Position numbers and translations under genes: made by a program
Shown here: positions 40,203 to 50,433 of the stretch, piece by piece
Numbering within the stretch: position 1 is the first letter of the stretch
How the letters are laid out: each line of letters starts with the position of its first letter
Assembly: GCA_050246315.1 (NCBI GenBank)
Contig: JBFWWG010000009.1
Span: forward strand, 117,812-181,811
Source: Nitrospiraceae bacterium
GTDB lineage: Bacteria; Nitrospirota; Nitrospiria; Nitrospirales; Nitrospiraceae
Length of the DNA stretch: 64,000 bases
Direction: 5' to 3'
The notes under the pieces: model-generated
Databases searched by the model: none
Seen by the model: the letters and a program-made list of their open reading frames with translations, nothing else
Told to the model about the DNA's origin: nothing

Positions 40203-40739
40203 ATGAATATCCCCAACAGTCTGACCACGCTGCGGATTTTGCTCATTCCCGTCTTTGTCGGTTTTCTCGTCTATGAACAGGTCGATCGAGCCCTGCTCGT
40301 GCTTGTGATCGCGGGATTGACGGACGCGCTGGATGGCACGGTGGCGCGGATCATCAACCAGCGGACGCGCCTTGGCGCGATCTTGGATCCGCTGGCGGAC
40401 AAGCTCCTCATGGTGTCTGGCTTTGTTGCCCTGGCGGCGTTGCATCTGATTCCATCCTGGGTGGCGATTTTGGTCGTCAGCCGCGACTTTATTCTGATTG
40501 TGGGGACGCTCGTCGCCCGGTTGACTGAATCGCCACTCGACATCACGCCCACCGTGCTGGGCAAGGGCACCACAGTGTTTCAACTCTCCTACCTGGTCCT
40601 GGTCCTGCTGTTTCGAGCCACGAGCCGGGATGTCGCGCTGCTCGACCCTCTCCTCTATACGACCGCTGCGGTGACCCTCGCCTCCGGGCTTCATTACCTG
40701 TACCGCGGCTTTCTGCGGGTCAGCACACGAGATATCTGA
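40203..40739 (+). CDS. CDP-alcohol phosphatidyltransferase (PgsA-like)
   Basis: NIPNSLT..R, DALDGTVAR...T.LGAILDPLADK. Confidence 0.92.
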   Translation: MNIPNSLTTLRILLIPVFVGFLVYEQVDRALLVLVIAGLTDALDGTVARIINQRTRLGAILDPLADKLLMVSGFVALAALHLIPSWVAILVVSRDFILIVGTLVARLTESPLDITPTVLGKGTTVFQLSYLVLVLLFRATSRDVALLDPLLYTTAAVTLASGLHYLYRGFLRVSTRDI

Positions 40740-40816
40740 TCTGGTTCGGTGCTGGTCCGTGGCCGCTGATCCGGTGCGCTGACAGATGCCAGAGCCGCGG
40801 GGAAAACGCGTTTTCT

Positions 40817-40845
40817 TTGACAGGGTTTCGCCCCACCACTAGACT
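40817..40845 (+). promoter_or_regulatory. Putative sigma70 promoter of pilC
   Basis: TTGACA-17 bp-TAGACT. Confidence 0.6.
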
Positions 40846-40937
40846 GCCTGAAGGTCACTCAACCCAGGTTTCTACTGAGTCCGTCTCGCTGGCGCGAGCC
40901 GGACGGAATCGTTCAGTCCACCCACCCGAGGACGTCC

Positions 40938-42155
40938 ATGGCTACATTCGCCTATGTCGGGAAAACGCGGCAAGGAGCGGTTAAAAAAGGGGAACTCACC
41001 GCAAAGACCCGCGATGAGGCGGTGGACCAGTTGCGCAAGCAGAACGTGATCGTCACCAGCTTGGAGGAGAGGCAGGGTGGCGAAGGTCTCCGCAAGCTGT
41101 CTCTCGGATCGGGCATCAAGGACAAGGACATCGTGGTGTTTACCCGGCAGTTCGGCACGATGATCAACGCTGGCCTTCCGCTGGTGCAATGCCTGGACAT
41201 TCTCGGTACGCAGTCGGAAAACAAGGTGCTGGGCCGGGCGGTGACGGAGGTAAAAACCTCGGTCGAAAGCGGCAGCACGTTGGCCGATGCGCTGCGCAAA
41301 CATCCCAAAGTCTTCGACGAACTCTACGTGAACATGATCCACGCGGGAGAGGTCGGCGGATTGCTCGACACGATTCTCGGTCGTCTGGCCAAACACATCG
41401 AAAAGGCCATGAAACTGAAGGGGCAGATCAAATCGGCCATGGTCTACCCCTCGGCCATCGTCGGCGTGGCGGTCGTCGTCATCACCATCCTGATGATCTG
41501 GGTCATTCCAATTTTCGCCAAGATGTTCGCCGAAATGTCCGGTGGGAAGATGGGGCTTCCGACGCCGACCCAGATCGTGATCGATCTCAGCAACTTCATG
41601 AAAAACTATATTCTCTTCATGATCGCGGGCGCCATTGCGGCGATCGTGGCGCTCAAGCGGTATTACAAGACGTCCAACGGCAAACTGAGAATCGACCGCT
41701 TCTTGTTGAGAACGCCGATTTTCGGCGACCTGATCCGGAAGGCCGCGGTGGCCAAGTTCACGCGGACGCTGGGCACGCTGATCACGAGCGGAGTACCGCT
41801 GCTGGAAGGTCTGGCGATTTGTGCAAAGACTGCCGGGAACAAGATTATTGAACTCGCCATTATGGAAGCACGTGTCAGCATCAGCGGCGGGAAGACGATC
41901 GCCGAGCCCCTCTCCAAAAGCAATGTCTTTCCGAAAATGGTGACGCACATGATCGCGGTTGGTGAGTCCACCGGTGCGCTCGACAACATGTTGGGCAAGA
42001 TCGCGGATTTCTACGATGATGAAGTCGACCAAGCGGTTGCGGCGCTGACTTCGCTCCTGGAGCCTGTGATGATGGTGTTTCTCGGAACCATCATCGGGTT
42101 TATCGTAATTGCGATGTATTTGCCGATCTTTCAGATGGCGTCGGCTATCGGGTAA
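40938..42155 (+). CDS. pilC: Type IV pilus inner membrane platform protein
   Basis: FTRQF..M..AGLPL, AGEVGG.LD, AMVYP, GESTGALD, EP..M...G..IG.I.IAMYLPIF. Confidence 0.95.
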   Translation: MATFAYVGKTRQGAVKKGELTAKTRDEAVDQLRKQNVIVTSLEERQGGEGLRKLSLGSGIKDKDIVVFTRQFGTMINAGLPLVQCLDILGTQSENKVLGRAVTEVKTSVESGSTLADALRKHPKVFDELYVNMIHAGEVGGLLDTILGRLAKHIEKAMKLKGQIKSAMVYPSAIVGVAVVVITILMIWVIPIFAKMFAEMSGGKMGLPTPTQIVIDLSNFMKNYILFMIAGAIAAIVALKRYYKTSNGKLRIDRFLLRTPIFGDLIRKAAVAKFTRTLGTLITSGVPLLEGLAICAKTAGNKIIELAIMEARVSISGGKTIAEPLSKSNVFPKMVTHMIAVGESTGALDNMLGKIADFYDDEVDQAVAALTSLLEPVMMVFLGTIIGFIVIAMYLPIFQMASAIG

Positions 42156-42196
42156 CGGGCCAGCCCCGGTTTGCCGCACTGGTCCTGACACTGTGC

Positions 42197-43888
42197 ATGG
42201 ACAGCCTTCGCGCACGACTCCAGTGGCTGATGGGGATTCGCGTCATCGTGGTGACGCTGCTCCTGGGATTTTCGCTCGGCCTACAGATCTCCGGGGGGCA
42301 GCCTGTTCGGATGTCCTATGGCCTCATCGGCTGCTCCTACCTGATTACCGTACCTTATCTCTGGATCTTGCCCCGCCTGCGGAACGAGCGGTGGATCGCC
42401 GGCCTCTCGTACAGCCAGATCGCTGTCGATCTGTTACTGGAAACGGTGTTGATCGCGAAAACCGGCGGGGTGGAGAGCCCGTTCGTCGTGCTGTACGTGA
42501 TTACGGTCAGTTTGGCGAGCCTCGTGCCTGGCCAGCGAGTAGCGCAGGTCACGGGGACGAGCGCCGTCCTGCTCTTTGCCGCTGTGGTGTTCGGTCAGTT
42601 GGGGGAGGTCGGTGCGGCGTCGGACTGGACCGGGCCAGCCCGTGTGGCGACTCAAGAAGCGCTCTGGACCTTCGGCGTCAACGGTCTGGCCGTGCTTCTC
42701 GTCGGGCTGCTGAGCGGGGCATTGGCGGAGCAGCTTCGGCGCGCCGACGAAACGCTGCACGAGAAGGAAGAAGGGTTTGCGAGGCTGCAGGTCTTCCACG
42801 AAAGCGTGGTGCAGAGCATCAGCAGCGGTGTCTTTACAACGGACGAACAGGGCCGGCTGACCGCGTTCAATCGAGCGGCCTGCGAGATTACCGGCTATGA
42901 ATGGGGAGACATCCATCAACGTTCATGGCTGGACGTCTTCAATTGGCGGCCGGACGACCACGAAGTCGGCGGCGCCGTCGCTGCCGGACCGGCGCGCTTC
43001 GAGGTGGAATGCAAGCGTTCGAACGGAGCCCGTTTGGTGCTCGGTATGACGGTTTCTCCCTTGCACGAGCGGGGGGTGCAGACGGGTCTTGTCGGCGTCT
43101 TCAAGGACCTGACCGAAATCCGCGATCTCGAAGAAGAGATGCGACGCAAGGAGTGGCTGGCCAAGCTGGGAGAAATGTCTGCCGGCATGGCCCATGAGAT
43201 CAGGAATCCGCTCGGGGCGTTGGCGGGAGCCATGCAGATGCTCAGTAAGGAGCCGTCTCACGATCAGGCCAACCGCCACCTTATGGACATTGCTGTGCGT
43301 GAAGCGCGGCGGCTGGACGGTATCATCACGGCGTTCTTGCACTATGCCAAACCCCCCGCGTTGAATCTGACCGAACAGGACATCAATGCAATTTTGGAAG
43401 ACACGTTGGAGCTGATCGGTCACGAAGCGAACAAGCGCCCTGGCCTGTCCATTGAGACGCGGTTTCTGCCGGGCAAGGTAATGGCGCAGGTCGATCCGAA
43501 TCAGATGAATCAGGTGTTTTGGAACCTGGCGGTGAACGCGTTTGATGCCATGCCGGGAGGAGGGCGATTGCTGATCACGACTGAACGGCGACGGATCGAT
43601 GCGGGAGAACGGCGCGGAGAGGTCGTCGAGATCGCGTTTCGCGATACGGGGGCCGGGATCGCAAAAGAACAACTGGACAAGATCTTTCTCCCGTTCTTCA
43701 CGACCAAACACCATGGATCCGGATTGGGGTTGGCGGCTGTGCATCGAATCGTCGACCAGCACGGTGGGTGGATCAGGGTAGAGAGTCAGGCGGGACAGGG
43801 CTCGCAGTTTGTCGTGTGTCTGCCGCGGACGGCGGGGGCCGGTCCGCGATTGTGGCACGAAGGACGGGAACCGTGGAAAAAATCTTAG
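42197..43888 (+). CDS. pilS: PAS sensor histidine kinase PilS-like
   Basis: N-terminal TM helices, PAS, AHEIRNPL, NLAVNA, DTGAG, FFTTK..GSGLGL. Confidence 0.88.
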   Translation: MDSLRARLQWLMGIRVIVVTLLLGFSLGLQISGGQPVRMSYGLIGCSYLITVPYLWILPRLRNERWIAGLSYSQIAVDLLLETVLIAKTGGVESPFVVLYVITVSLASLVPGQRVAQVTGTSAVLLFAAVVFGQLGEVGAASDWTGPARVATQEALWTFGVNGLAVLLVGLLSGALAEQLRRADETLHEKEEGFARLQVFHESVVQSISSGVFTTDEQGRLTAFNRAACEITGYEWGDIHQRSWLDVFNWRPDDHEVGGAVAAGPARFEVECKRSNGARLVLGMTVSPLHERGVQTGLVGVFKDLTEIRDLEEEMRRKEWLAKLGEMSAGMAHEIRNPLGALAGAMQMLSKEPSHDQANRHLMDIAVREARRLDGIITAFLHYAKPPALNLTEQDINAILEDTLELIGHEANKRPGLSIETRFLPGKVMAQVDPNQMNQVFWNLAVNAFDAMPGGGRLLITTERRRIDAGERRGEVVEIAFRDTGAGIAKEQLDKIFLPFFTTKHHGSGLGLAAVHRIVDQHGGWIRVESQAGQGSQFVVCLPRTAGAGPRLWHEGREPWKKS

Positions 43889-45249
43889 TCGTCGATGATG
43901 AGCCGAGTTTGCGGGATGTGTTGGGCATCATGCTCAAGAAGGCCGGCTATACGACCACGTTGGCGGCCGACGGAGAAGAAGCCGTCTCGCAGCTCAACAA
44001 GGAGATTTACGATCTGGTCATTACCGATCTCAAGATGCCAGGAGTCGGAGGGATGGAGGTCCTGAAGGCCGTGAAGTCCGCCTCCCCGGACACGGTGGTC
44101 TTGGTCATCACGGCGTTCGGTTCTCCCGACACGGCTGTTGAGGCGATGAAACTCGGGGCGTATGACTATCTGACGAAGCCCTTTCAGGTCGATGAAGTCC
44201 AGCTCATCATCAGGAATGCGCTCGAAAAGCGCCGGCTCTCGGCCGAAAACATGCTGCTCAAGCGGGCGATGGCGAGCCATTCCTCCCTCTCCAACATCAT
44301 CGGGCAAAGCGACGCGATGCAACAGGTCTTCGACGTCATCTGCAAGGTGGCCGATACGCGGAGTAATGTGTTGATCTGCGGAGAGAGCGGGACCGGAAAG
44401 GAACTGGTCGCTCGGGCGATTCACTACAACAGCGCCAGAAGCCAAATGCCGTTCGTGGCCGTGAATTGCAGCGCGATGCCCGAGACCCTGCTGGAAAGCG
44501 AATTGTTCGGCCACATGAAAGGATCCTTCACCGGCGCGATGGCGAACAAGGCCGGTCTGTTCGAGATTGCGAACGGCGGCACGATCTTCCTGGATGAGAT
44601 CGGCGATATGACCATGGCCACGCAGGTCAAGCTCTTGCGCGTGATCCAGGAACGGGAGTTTCGCCGGGTCGGGGGAACCCAGGATGTCAAGGTGGACGTG
44701 CGGATTGTGGCGGCGACCAACCGCGATCTGGAGCGGGCGGTGGCCGAAGGTATCTTTCGGGAGGATCTCTACTATCGGCTGGACGTGATCCCTATTCGAC
44801 TTCCTCCCTTGCGGATGCGCACGGGTGATATTCCGCTGCTCGTGCAACATTTTCTGGAACGATTCTCGAAGGAATCGGGCAAGCCGAGTCTGGCCGTGAC
44901 TCCAGATGCCGTCGAGGCGCTGGTCTCGCACGAATTCAGGGGCAATGTGCGGGAGTTGGAAAACCTCATCGAGCGGGCCGTGGCCTTTTCGACCGGGGGA
45001 CCGATTACGGCCGACGATGTACGGGCGTGGTTGCACAAGCCGGCTGCGACGCAGGCGTATCCCACGGATCTCCCGCCCGAAGGGTTGGATTTGGAAGGCC
45101 TGATCTGTAAGATAGAAAAAGACCTGCTGATGAAGGCGCTGGAACGATCGGGCTGGGTCAAGAAAAAGGCCGCCCGCCTGTTGCAGCTCAACACGCGCTC
45201 ATTCCGGTATCGGCTCGAAAAGTATGCCATCAAAGGAGGGCGCGACTAA
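43873..45249 (+). CDS. pilR: Sigma54-dependent response regulator PilR-like
   Basis: Receiver (VVDDE, TDLKMP), GESGTGKE, GSFTGA, FLDEIG, C-terminal Fis-type HTH. Confidence 0.9.
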   Translation: MEKILVVDDEPSLRDVLGIMLKKAGYTTTLAADGEEAVSQLNKEIYDLVITDLKMPGVGGMEVLKAVKSASPDTVVLVITAFGSPDTAVEAMKLGAYDYLTKPFQVDEVQLIIRNALEKRRLSAENMLLKRAMASHSSLSNIIGQSDAMQQVFDVICKVADTRSNVLICGESGTGKELVARAIHYNSARSQMPFVAVNCSAMPETLLESELFGHMKGSFTGAMANKAGLFEIANGGTIFLDEIGDMTMATQVKLLRVIQEREFRRVGGTQDVKVDVRIVAATNRDLERAVAEGIFREDLYYRLDVIPIRLPPLRMRTGDIPLLVQHFLERFSKESGKPSLAVTPDAVEALVSHEFRGNVRELENLIERAVAFSTGGPITADDVRAWLHKPAATQAYPTDLPPEGLDLEGLICKIEKDLLMKALERSGWVKKKAARLLQLNTRSFRYRLEKYAIKGGRD

Positions 45250-46195
45250 CTTCAGGCCAATCTCCCCTGGAACTTCGGAAACCATCCCATCGTCTTCGCG
45301 CCGGGTGTCGGTCGCCGCGCCTGCCAAGATCAACCTGATCCTTAGAATCCTCGACCGGCGTCCCGACGAGTACCACGATCTTTGGTCCGTCATGCAGACG
45401 GTGGATTTAAAGGACGAGATCGTCTTGGGCGTCGGTTCCCGACCAGGACGGATCGACCTGACCTGTGATCAGGCGGACGTTCCCTCAGGTCTCGACAACC
45501 TTGTGTGCCGAGCCGCCGCACTGGTGTTGGAGCGCGCGCGTCTCGCTCACGGCCTCGCCATCGAGCTGCGGAAGCGCATTCCTATGGGAGCCGGACTCGG
45601 GGGAGGGAGCAGCGATGCGGCGGCTACGATCCTGGGATTGAATCGACTCTTCGACCTCGGTTGGTCTCCTCGGGAGATGGCCGAGGTTGGTGGGTTGCTG
45701 GGCAGCGACGTCCCCTTCTTTTTCTTTGCCCCCTGCGCCAAGGTGAGTGGGCGAGGCGATCGTGTCAGTCCGCTGGAGCTGATCGGGCGCCGGGCGGTGC
45801 TGCTGGTCAATCCCGGCTTCGGCGTCGAAACGAAGTGGGCCTATCGGACATTGGCGGCAACCCGTACGTCGACGCCGGTGTTGGGAAGCGCCGTCATGGA
45901 GCTGGATCGGCAGGCATCGACATCGTGGGAGGAATTACGGCCGTTGATGGGGAATGACTTCGAAGACGTGGTCTTTCCGCACCATCCGGTCCTGCTGGCG
46001 ATCAAAGAAGCGTTGTTCTCTCACGGGGCCGAATCGGCCTTCCTGTCCGGGACAGGTGCAACCGTCTTTGGAATTTTTAAGTCCATCTCCGCGGCGACTC
46101 AGGCTGGACGGGTATTCGCCGAGAGGCCGGGATGGCGCACCGTGGCGGCCGAAACGGAAGCGAGGCCGTTGAGCGTCGCTCTGGACAGTGCGTGA
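45224..46195 (+). CDS. ispE: 4-diphosphocytidyl-2-C-methyl-D-erythritol kinase
   Basis: APAKINL, IPMGAGLGGGSSDAA, GSDVPFF, NDFE; start uncertain. Confidence 0.93.
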   Translation: MPSKEGATNFRPISPGTSETIPSSSRRVSVAAPAKINLILRILDRRPDEYHDLWSVMQTVDLKDEIVLGVGSRPGRIDLTCDQADVPSGLDNLVCRAAALVLERARLAHGLAIELRKRIPMGAGLGGGSSDAAATILGLNRLFDLGWSPREMAEVGGLLGSDVPFFFFAPCAKVSGRGDRVSPLELIGRRAVLLVNPGFGVETKWAYRTLAATRTSTPVLGSAVMELDRQASTSWEELRPLMGNDFEDVVFPHHPVLLAIKEALFSHGAESAFLSGTGATVFGIFKSISAATQAGRVFAERPGWRTVAAETEARPLSVALDSA

Positions 46196-46383
46196 TCGGA
46201 GTTGCTTGGTGGAAAGCCGGTACCGGCAGCCGTTAGAGCGGTCCCAAGCCGACATGATTGATGATGGCTTCTCCTGCTACCACCGTGCGACCTCTTTCTC
46301 GGGGCACCTCGGCTCCGCCAGCGACAATGGACTCAGGAACGGGTGAAACGTCACGAACCGTTATAGATAATATGGGCCGGCGA

Positions 46384-46413
46384 TTGACAGTTCTCGTCGC
46401 TCTTCGCTAGAGT
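46384..46413 (+). promoter_or_regulatory. Putative sigma70 promoter of prs
   Basis: TTGACA-18 bp-TAGAGT. Confidence 0.55.
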
Positions 46414-46521
46414 GTCCTGTTTTTGAGGCTCCCTACCCGGTGGGTTCTGACGACTACGGATCAACGGATTGGATCGGAACTGACGGAGGACAGGGCCATG
46501 GCAAGGAGCTACCAGGGCACC

Positions 46522-47463
46522 ATGAACCGTGATCTGAAGCTGTTTTCCGGATCGGCGAACCCTGCGCTGGCCCGAGAGATGGGCCAATATTTGGATATTC
46601 CCGTGGGGGAGGCGACCGTCTCTTCATTCAGCGACGGAGAGATCCGGGTCAAGATCGAAGAGAACGTGCGGGGTGCGGATGTTTTTGTTGTGCAATCCTG
46701 TTGTCAACCGGTCAATGACTCCATTATGGAGTTGTTGATCATGATCGATGCGTTGAAGCGATCGTCGGCGTCGCGCATTACCGCGGTCATCCCCTATTTC
46801 GGCTATGCCAGACAAGATCGCAAGGACCAGCCGCGCGTCCCGATCTCGGCCAAGTTGGTTGCGGATCTCATTACGACCGCAGGGACCGACCGCGTCCTGA
46901 CCATGGACTTGCACGCCGGACAAATCCAGGGGTTTTTCAATATCCCCGTCGATCACCTATACGCGGCGCCGGTCCTGTTGGATTACATCATGAAGAAGCA
47001 GATTTCGGATCTGGTCGTGGTTTCGCCCGACGCGGGCGGTGTGGAACGTGCCAGGGCCATCGCGAAACGGATGCAGGCCAATTTGGCAATTATTGACAAA
47101 CGCCGGGAGGGGCCTAACCAGGCTCAGATCATGAACATCATCGGGGACGTTGAAGGCCGCAGCGCGCTGCTGCTCGACGACATGATCGATACCGCCGGCA
47201 CCATTGTGCAGGGTGCGCAGGCCTGTGCCGAAAAGGGCGCCAGCCAGGTCTGGACAGCCTGCACACATGCCGTCTTGTCCGGTCCCGCCCTCGATCGGTT
47301 ACAGCAGTCCTGCCTCACGGAAGTGGTGGTGACCAACACCATTCCGCTCAAGGGCAAGGAACTGACGTGTCCGAAGTTGCATGTGTTATCGGTGGCGTCG
47401 TTACTCGGAGAAGCGATCGCGAGGATTCATTCGGAGGAGTCGGTGAGTTCGCTGTTTGCCTAG
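46522..47463 (+). CDS. prs: Ribose-phosphate pyrophosphokinase
   Basis: [42 protein letters not shown]. Confidence 0.97.
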   Translation: MNRDLKLFSGSANPALAREMGQYLDIPVGEATVSSFSDGEIRVKIEENVRGADVFVVQSCCQPVNDSIMELLIMIDALKRSSASRITAVIPYFGYARQDRKDQPRVPISAKLVADLITTAGTDRVLTMDLHAGQIQGFFNIPVDHLYAAPVLLDYIMKKQISDLVVVSPDAGGVERARAIAKRMQANLAIIDKRREGPNQAQIMNIIGDVEGRSALLLDDMIDTAGTIVQGAQACAEKGASQVWTACTHAVLSGPALDRLQQSCLTEVVVTNTIPLKGKELTCPKLHVLSVASLLGEAIARIHSEESVSSLFA

Positions 47464-47555
47464 AAGTCATTTCAAAACCCCATGACCGTGCTTCGACAAG
47501 CTCCGCACGAACGGACTTTAGGGATACAACACGGGCAGGATTTTGAAAACAGTCC
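47464..47555. repeat. MITE/REP-like element
   Basis: TTTCAAAA...TTTTGAAA inverted ends flanking CTTCGACAAGCTCCGCACGAACG, a motif also seen near 50487 and 63879. Confidence 0.5.
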
Positions 47556-47639
47556 GCTTTTCGACTCCGCGATTTCTCGACGAAGTATCATGAATGATGT
47601 GCACTAGCGTGCAGGACCAAGGAAAGGTTCTCATTCCGG

Positions 47640-47720
47640 ATGTATTTTCTCCGGCGGCGTTATTGAAGAGGGGCTTCGCCCAGTGAGCCGCCGGTTCTAG
47701 CAAAGCGTGGTATGGAGGAA
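47640..47720 (+). promoter_or_regulatory. Structured rplY leader; its 3' 54 bp recur upstream of the PRTase at 59544
   Basis: Stem CCGGCGGC/GCCGCCGG enclosing TTATTG/CAGTGA and GGGC-TTC-GCCC, then GGAGGA RBS. Confidence 0.6.
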
Positions 47721-47726
47721 TAGGTC

Positions 47727-48506
47727 ATGAAGTTCGAGGTGGCGGCGGATATCAGAGATCGGGGGGGGAAGGGTGTGGCGAGGCAATTACGGCGCAGCGG
47801 GAAGATTCCGGCCGTCCTCTATGGGCAGGGTGAGTGTCTTCTGCTGACCATGTCGCCGGACGCGCTGGTCAACATTGTGAAATCGCATGCGGCCACCACG
47901 GCCTTGATTTCCGTGACCCTTGCGGGGACCGTCTCCGGGGCCAAGACTCGCACGGCTCTGCTCCGTGATTTTCAGGTCGATCCCGTGACGGGTGAAGTCT
48001 TGCATGCGGACCTATTTGAAGTATCCATGGATAAGGTGATTCGTATCAAGGTGCCGCTTACCCTCGTCGGAGGGACACCGGCCGGGTTGAAGGAAGGCGG
48101 TGTGTTGCACCATAACCTGCGCGAACTCCATGTGGAGTGTTTGCCGTCACAGATTCCGGATGCCATCCAGGTGGATGCATCGGCGCTGAACATCGGACAG
48201 GGCATTCACGTCAAGGAACTTCAGGCCGTCGAGGGTGTGCGGATCCTGGATGATCCGGATCAAATGGTGGTCAGTGTGGCCGTGCCGATGTCCGAGGCCA
48301 AACTTGAAGCCTTACTCACCACCGGAGCTGCTGCGGAGCCGGGCAAAGAACCGGAGGTGATAGCCAAGGGCAAGGAAGCGGCCGCGGCGAAGGAAGGGGC
48401 TGCTCCTGCAGCGGCGGGTGAAAAGGCCGGCGCGGCTGCGGCTCCGGCGGCCGGTGCTGAAAAGAAAGAAGCCCCAAAGGCCGAGAAGAAAGAAGCTAAG
48501 AAATAG
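47727..48506 (+). CDS. rplY: 50S ribosomal protein bL25/Ctc
   Basis: ARQLRR.GKIPAVLYG, QVDPV...LHAD, GGVL, Ala/Lys/Glu-rich tail. Confidence 0.96.
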   Translation: MKFEVAADIRDRGGKGVARQLRRSGKIPAVLYGQGECLLLTMSPDALVNIVKSHAATTALISVTLAGTVSGAKTRTALLRDFQVDPVTGEVLHADLFEVSMDKVIRIKVPLTLVGGTPAGLKEGGVLHHNLRELHVECLPSQIPDAIQVDASALNIGQGIHVKELQAVEGVRILDDPDQMVVSVAVPMSEAKLEALLTTGAAAEPGKEPEVIAKGKEAAAAKEGAAPAAAGEKAGAAAAPAAGAEKKEAPKAEKKEAKK

Positions 48507-48508
48507 CC

Positions 48509-49081
48509 TTGTGGATTCTCGTCGGTCTTGGCAACCCCGGTTCGCGGTATGCCATGACCCGCCACAATGTCGGCGCGCTTACTCTCAAGCGCGCCGCCGC
48601 GTCGTGGAGCATCCCGGTCCGACAGGCGGGAGCCCGAATGTTCGGCGAAGGGTCGATCGGGTCCAACCGCGTGCTGCTGGCCGGTCCGCTCGGATGGATG
48701 AACGAGTCCGGCCCACCTCTCCGTGCATTGCTGAACGACCATCAGGTCTCTCCTGACAGGCTGATCGTGATCCATGACGATCTCGACTTGGAGTTCGGGC
48801 GGCTGCGTCTCCGCCGTTCCGGAGGGTCGGGCGGACACAACGGCCTCAAGTCGATTCTCGAATCGCTTGGGACACCGGATTTTTGCCGCATCAAGATCGG
48901 CATCGGCCGTCCGGCGCCGGGACAAGACTCGGCCGACTACGTGTTGGAGCCCTTCGCGGACGAGGAGGAGGAGCGCCTGCCGGACCTCCTGGAACGTGCG
49001 GTCCGTTCGGTGGAATGTGTGATGGCGGAAGGGATCGAGGTGGCCATGAACCGGTTCAACCCGTTAGCGTCGGAGGTCTGA
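48509..49081 (+). CDS. pth: Peptidyl-tRNA hydrolase
   Basis: VGLGNPG..Y..TRHNVG, MN.SG, HDDLD, GGHNGLKS, IGIGRP. Confidence 0.96.
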   Translation: MWILVGLGNPGSRYAMTRHNVGALTLKRAAASWSIPVRQAGARMFGEGSIGSNRVLLAGPLGWMNESGPPLRALLNDHQVSPDRLIVIHDDLDLEFGRLRLRRSGGSGGHNGLKSILESLGTPDFCRIKIGIGRPAPGQDSADYVLEPFADEEEERLPDLLERAVRSVECVMAEGIEVAMNRFNPLASEV

Positions 49082-49084
49082 ACG

Positions 49085-50176
49085 ATGGGACTGTGCTGCG
49101 GTATGATCGGACTCCCGAACGTCGGCAAGACCACGGTTTTCAACGCGTTGGTTGGAGGCGGCGCTCTCGCGGCTAACTATCCCTTCGCCACGGTCGATCC
49201 CAACATCGGGATCGCCCCGGTGCCAGATCCCCGTTTGGTCAAACTGACCGAGATCTTTACATCCAAGAAGACTACGCCCAGCACACTCGAAGTCCGCGAT
49301 ATCGCGGGTCTCGTGGAAGGGGCCAGCAAAGGGGAAGGCCTAGGGAATCAATTCCTGGGACACATTCGTGAAGTCGATGCGCTTCTTCATGTCGTCCGTT
49401 GCTTTCAGGGGACGGACGTGGTGCACGTCAGCGGCAAGGTCGATCCACTGAGGGATATCGGGACGATCGAAACGGAACTGATGCTGGCCGATCTGGAGAC
49501 GCTTGATCGGCGGAAGCAACGAGTCGAGAAAAAGGTCCGGTCCGGGGACAAGAAGGCCGCCATGGAGCTGGAATTCCTCGGGCGGTTGATGGAGCGGCTC
49601 GACAAGGGCGAGTGGCTCGGAAACCTCTCCTACACGGCGGACGAGCGGGCGATTCTGACCGAGTGCCAGCTCCTGGCGGCCAAGCCGGTGCTGTTCGTCG
49701 CGAACGTGACCGAAGGGACTGGGTCAGACGAGGCATTGGTCGCCAAGGTGCGGGAATTTGCGGATCAGCGCGGAGCGAGGGTCGTGACGATCTGCGGCCA
49801 GTTGGAATCAGAGTTGGCGTCCCTACCCGAGAGCGAACGGGCCGACTATCTGAAAGAAATGGGCCTGAAGGAATCTGGGCTTGTGCGTCTGACGCGCGAA
49901 GCCTATACCCTCCTGCACCTGATCACGTTTTTCACGGCGGGCGAACAGGAATCCAGGGCCTGGCCCATCCTACAAGGTACCAAAGCCCCTCAAGCGGCAG
50001 GGAAGATCCACTCCGACATGGAGCGAGGGTTTATCCGCGCCGAGGTCTACCACTATGACGATCTGCTCGCCTGCGGCTCGGAAGTCAAGGTCAAGGAAAA
50101 GGGACTGTTCCGGCTGGAGGGAAAAGACTACGTGATGAAGGAAGGCGATATCGTCTTCTTCCGCTTCAACGTGTAG
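49085..50176 (+). CDS. ychF: Ribosome-binding ATPase YchF
   Basis: GLPNVGKTT, NYPFAT, DIAGLV.GASKGEGLGNQFL, IHSD..RGFIRAE. Confidence 0.97.
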   Translation: MGLCCGMIGLPNVGKTTVFNALVGGGALAANYPFATVDPNIGIAPVPDPRLVKLTEIFTSKKTTPSTLEVRDIAGLVEGASKGEGLGNQFLGHIREVDALLHVVRCFQGTDVVHVSGKVDPLRDIGTIETELMLADLETLDRRKQRVEKKVRSGDKKAAMELEFLGRLMERLDKGEWLGNLSYTADERAILTECQLLAAKPVLFVANVTEGTGSDEALVAKVREFADQRGARVVTICGQLESELASLPESERADYLKEMGLKESGLVRLTREAYTLLHLITFFTAGEQESRAWPILQGTKAPQAAGKIHSDMERGFIRAEVYHYDDLLACGSEVKVKEKGLFRLEGKDYVMKEGDIVFFRFNV

Positions 50177-50400
50177 CAGGATGTTGAAAAAGTCCGCCGG
50201 CCTGGTTCTCGCTTTTTGGTTTGGCCGTCATACGTCAAACGTCAGTCGTCATTCGACCGACGATGAAACATCATACAGGGTGAAAAAACCTGCCGCCTCG
50301 ATTCGTTCCACGAGTGACGGATGCACGTACCTCTGCCATCGTTCGTGATCGCCTGCCGTTCCGACTTCAGGGGATACTCGAATGGTTTTTCACCAGCTTG
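50177..50400. mobile_element. MITE-like non-autonomous element
   Basis: Terminal inverted repeats CAGGATGTTGAAAAA / TTTTTCACCAGCTTG, flanked by GTAG and CTAG; non-coding; contains a CGTCANN heptamer array (50226-50253). Confidence 0.7.
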
Positions 50401-50433
50401 CTAGAGTTGTGCCCCTTGAACTCCGTTCATAGT

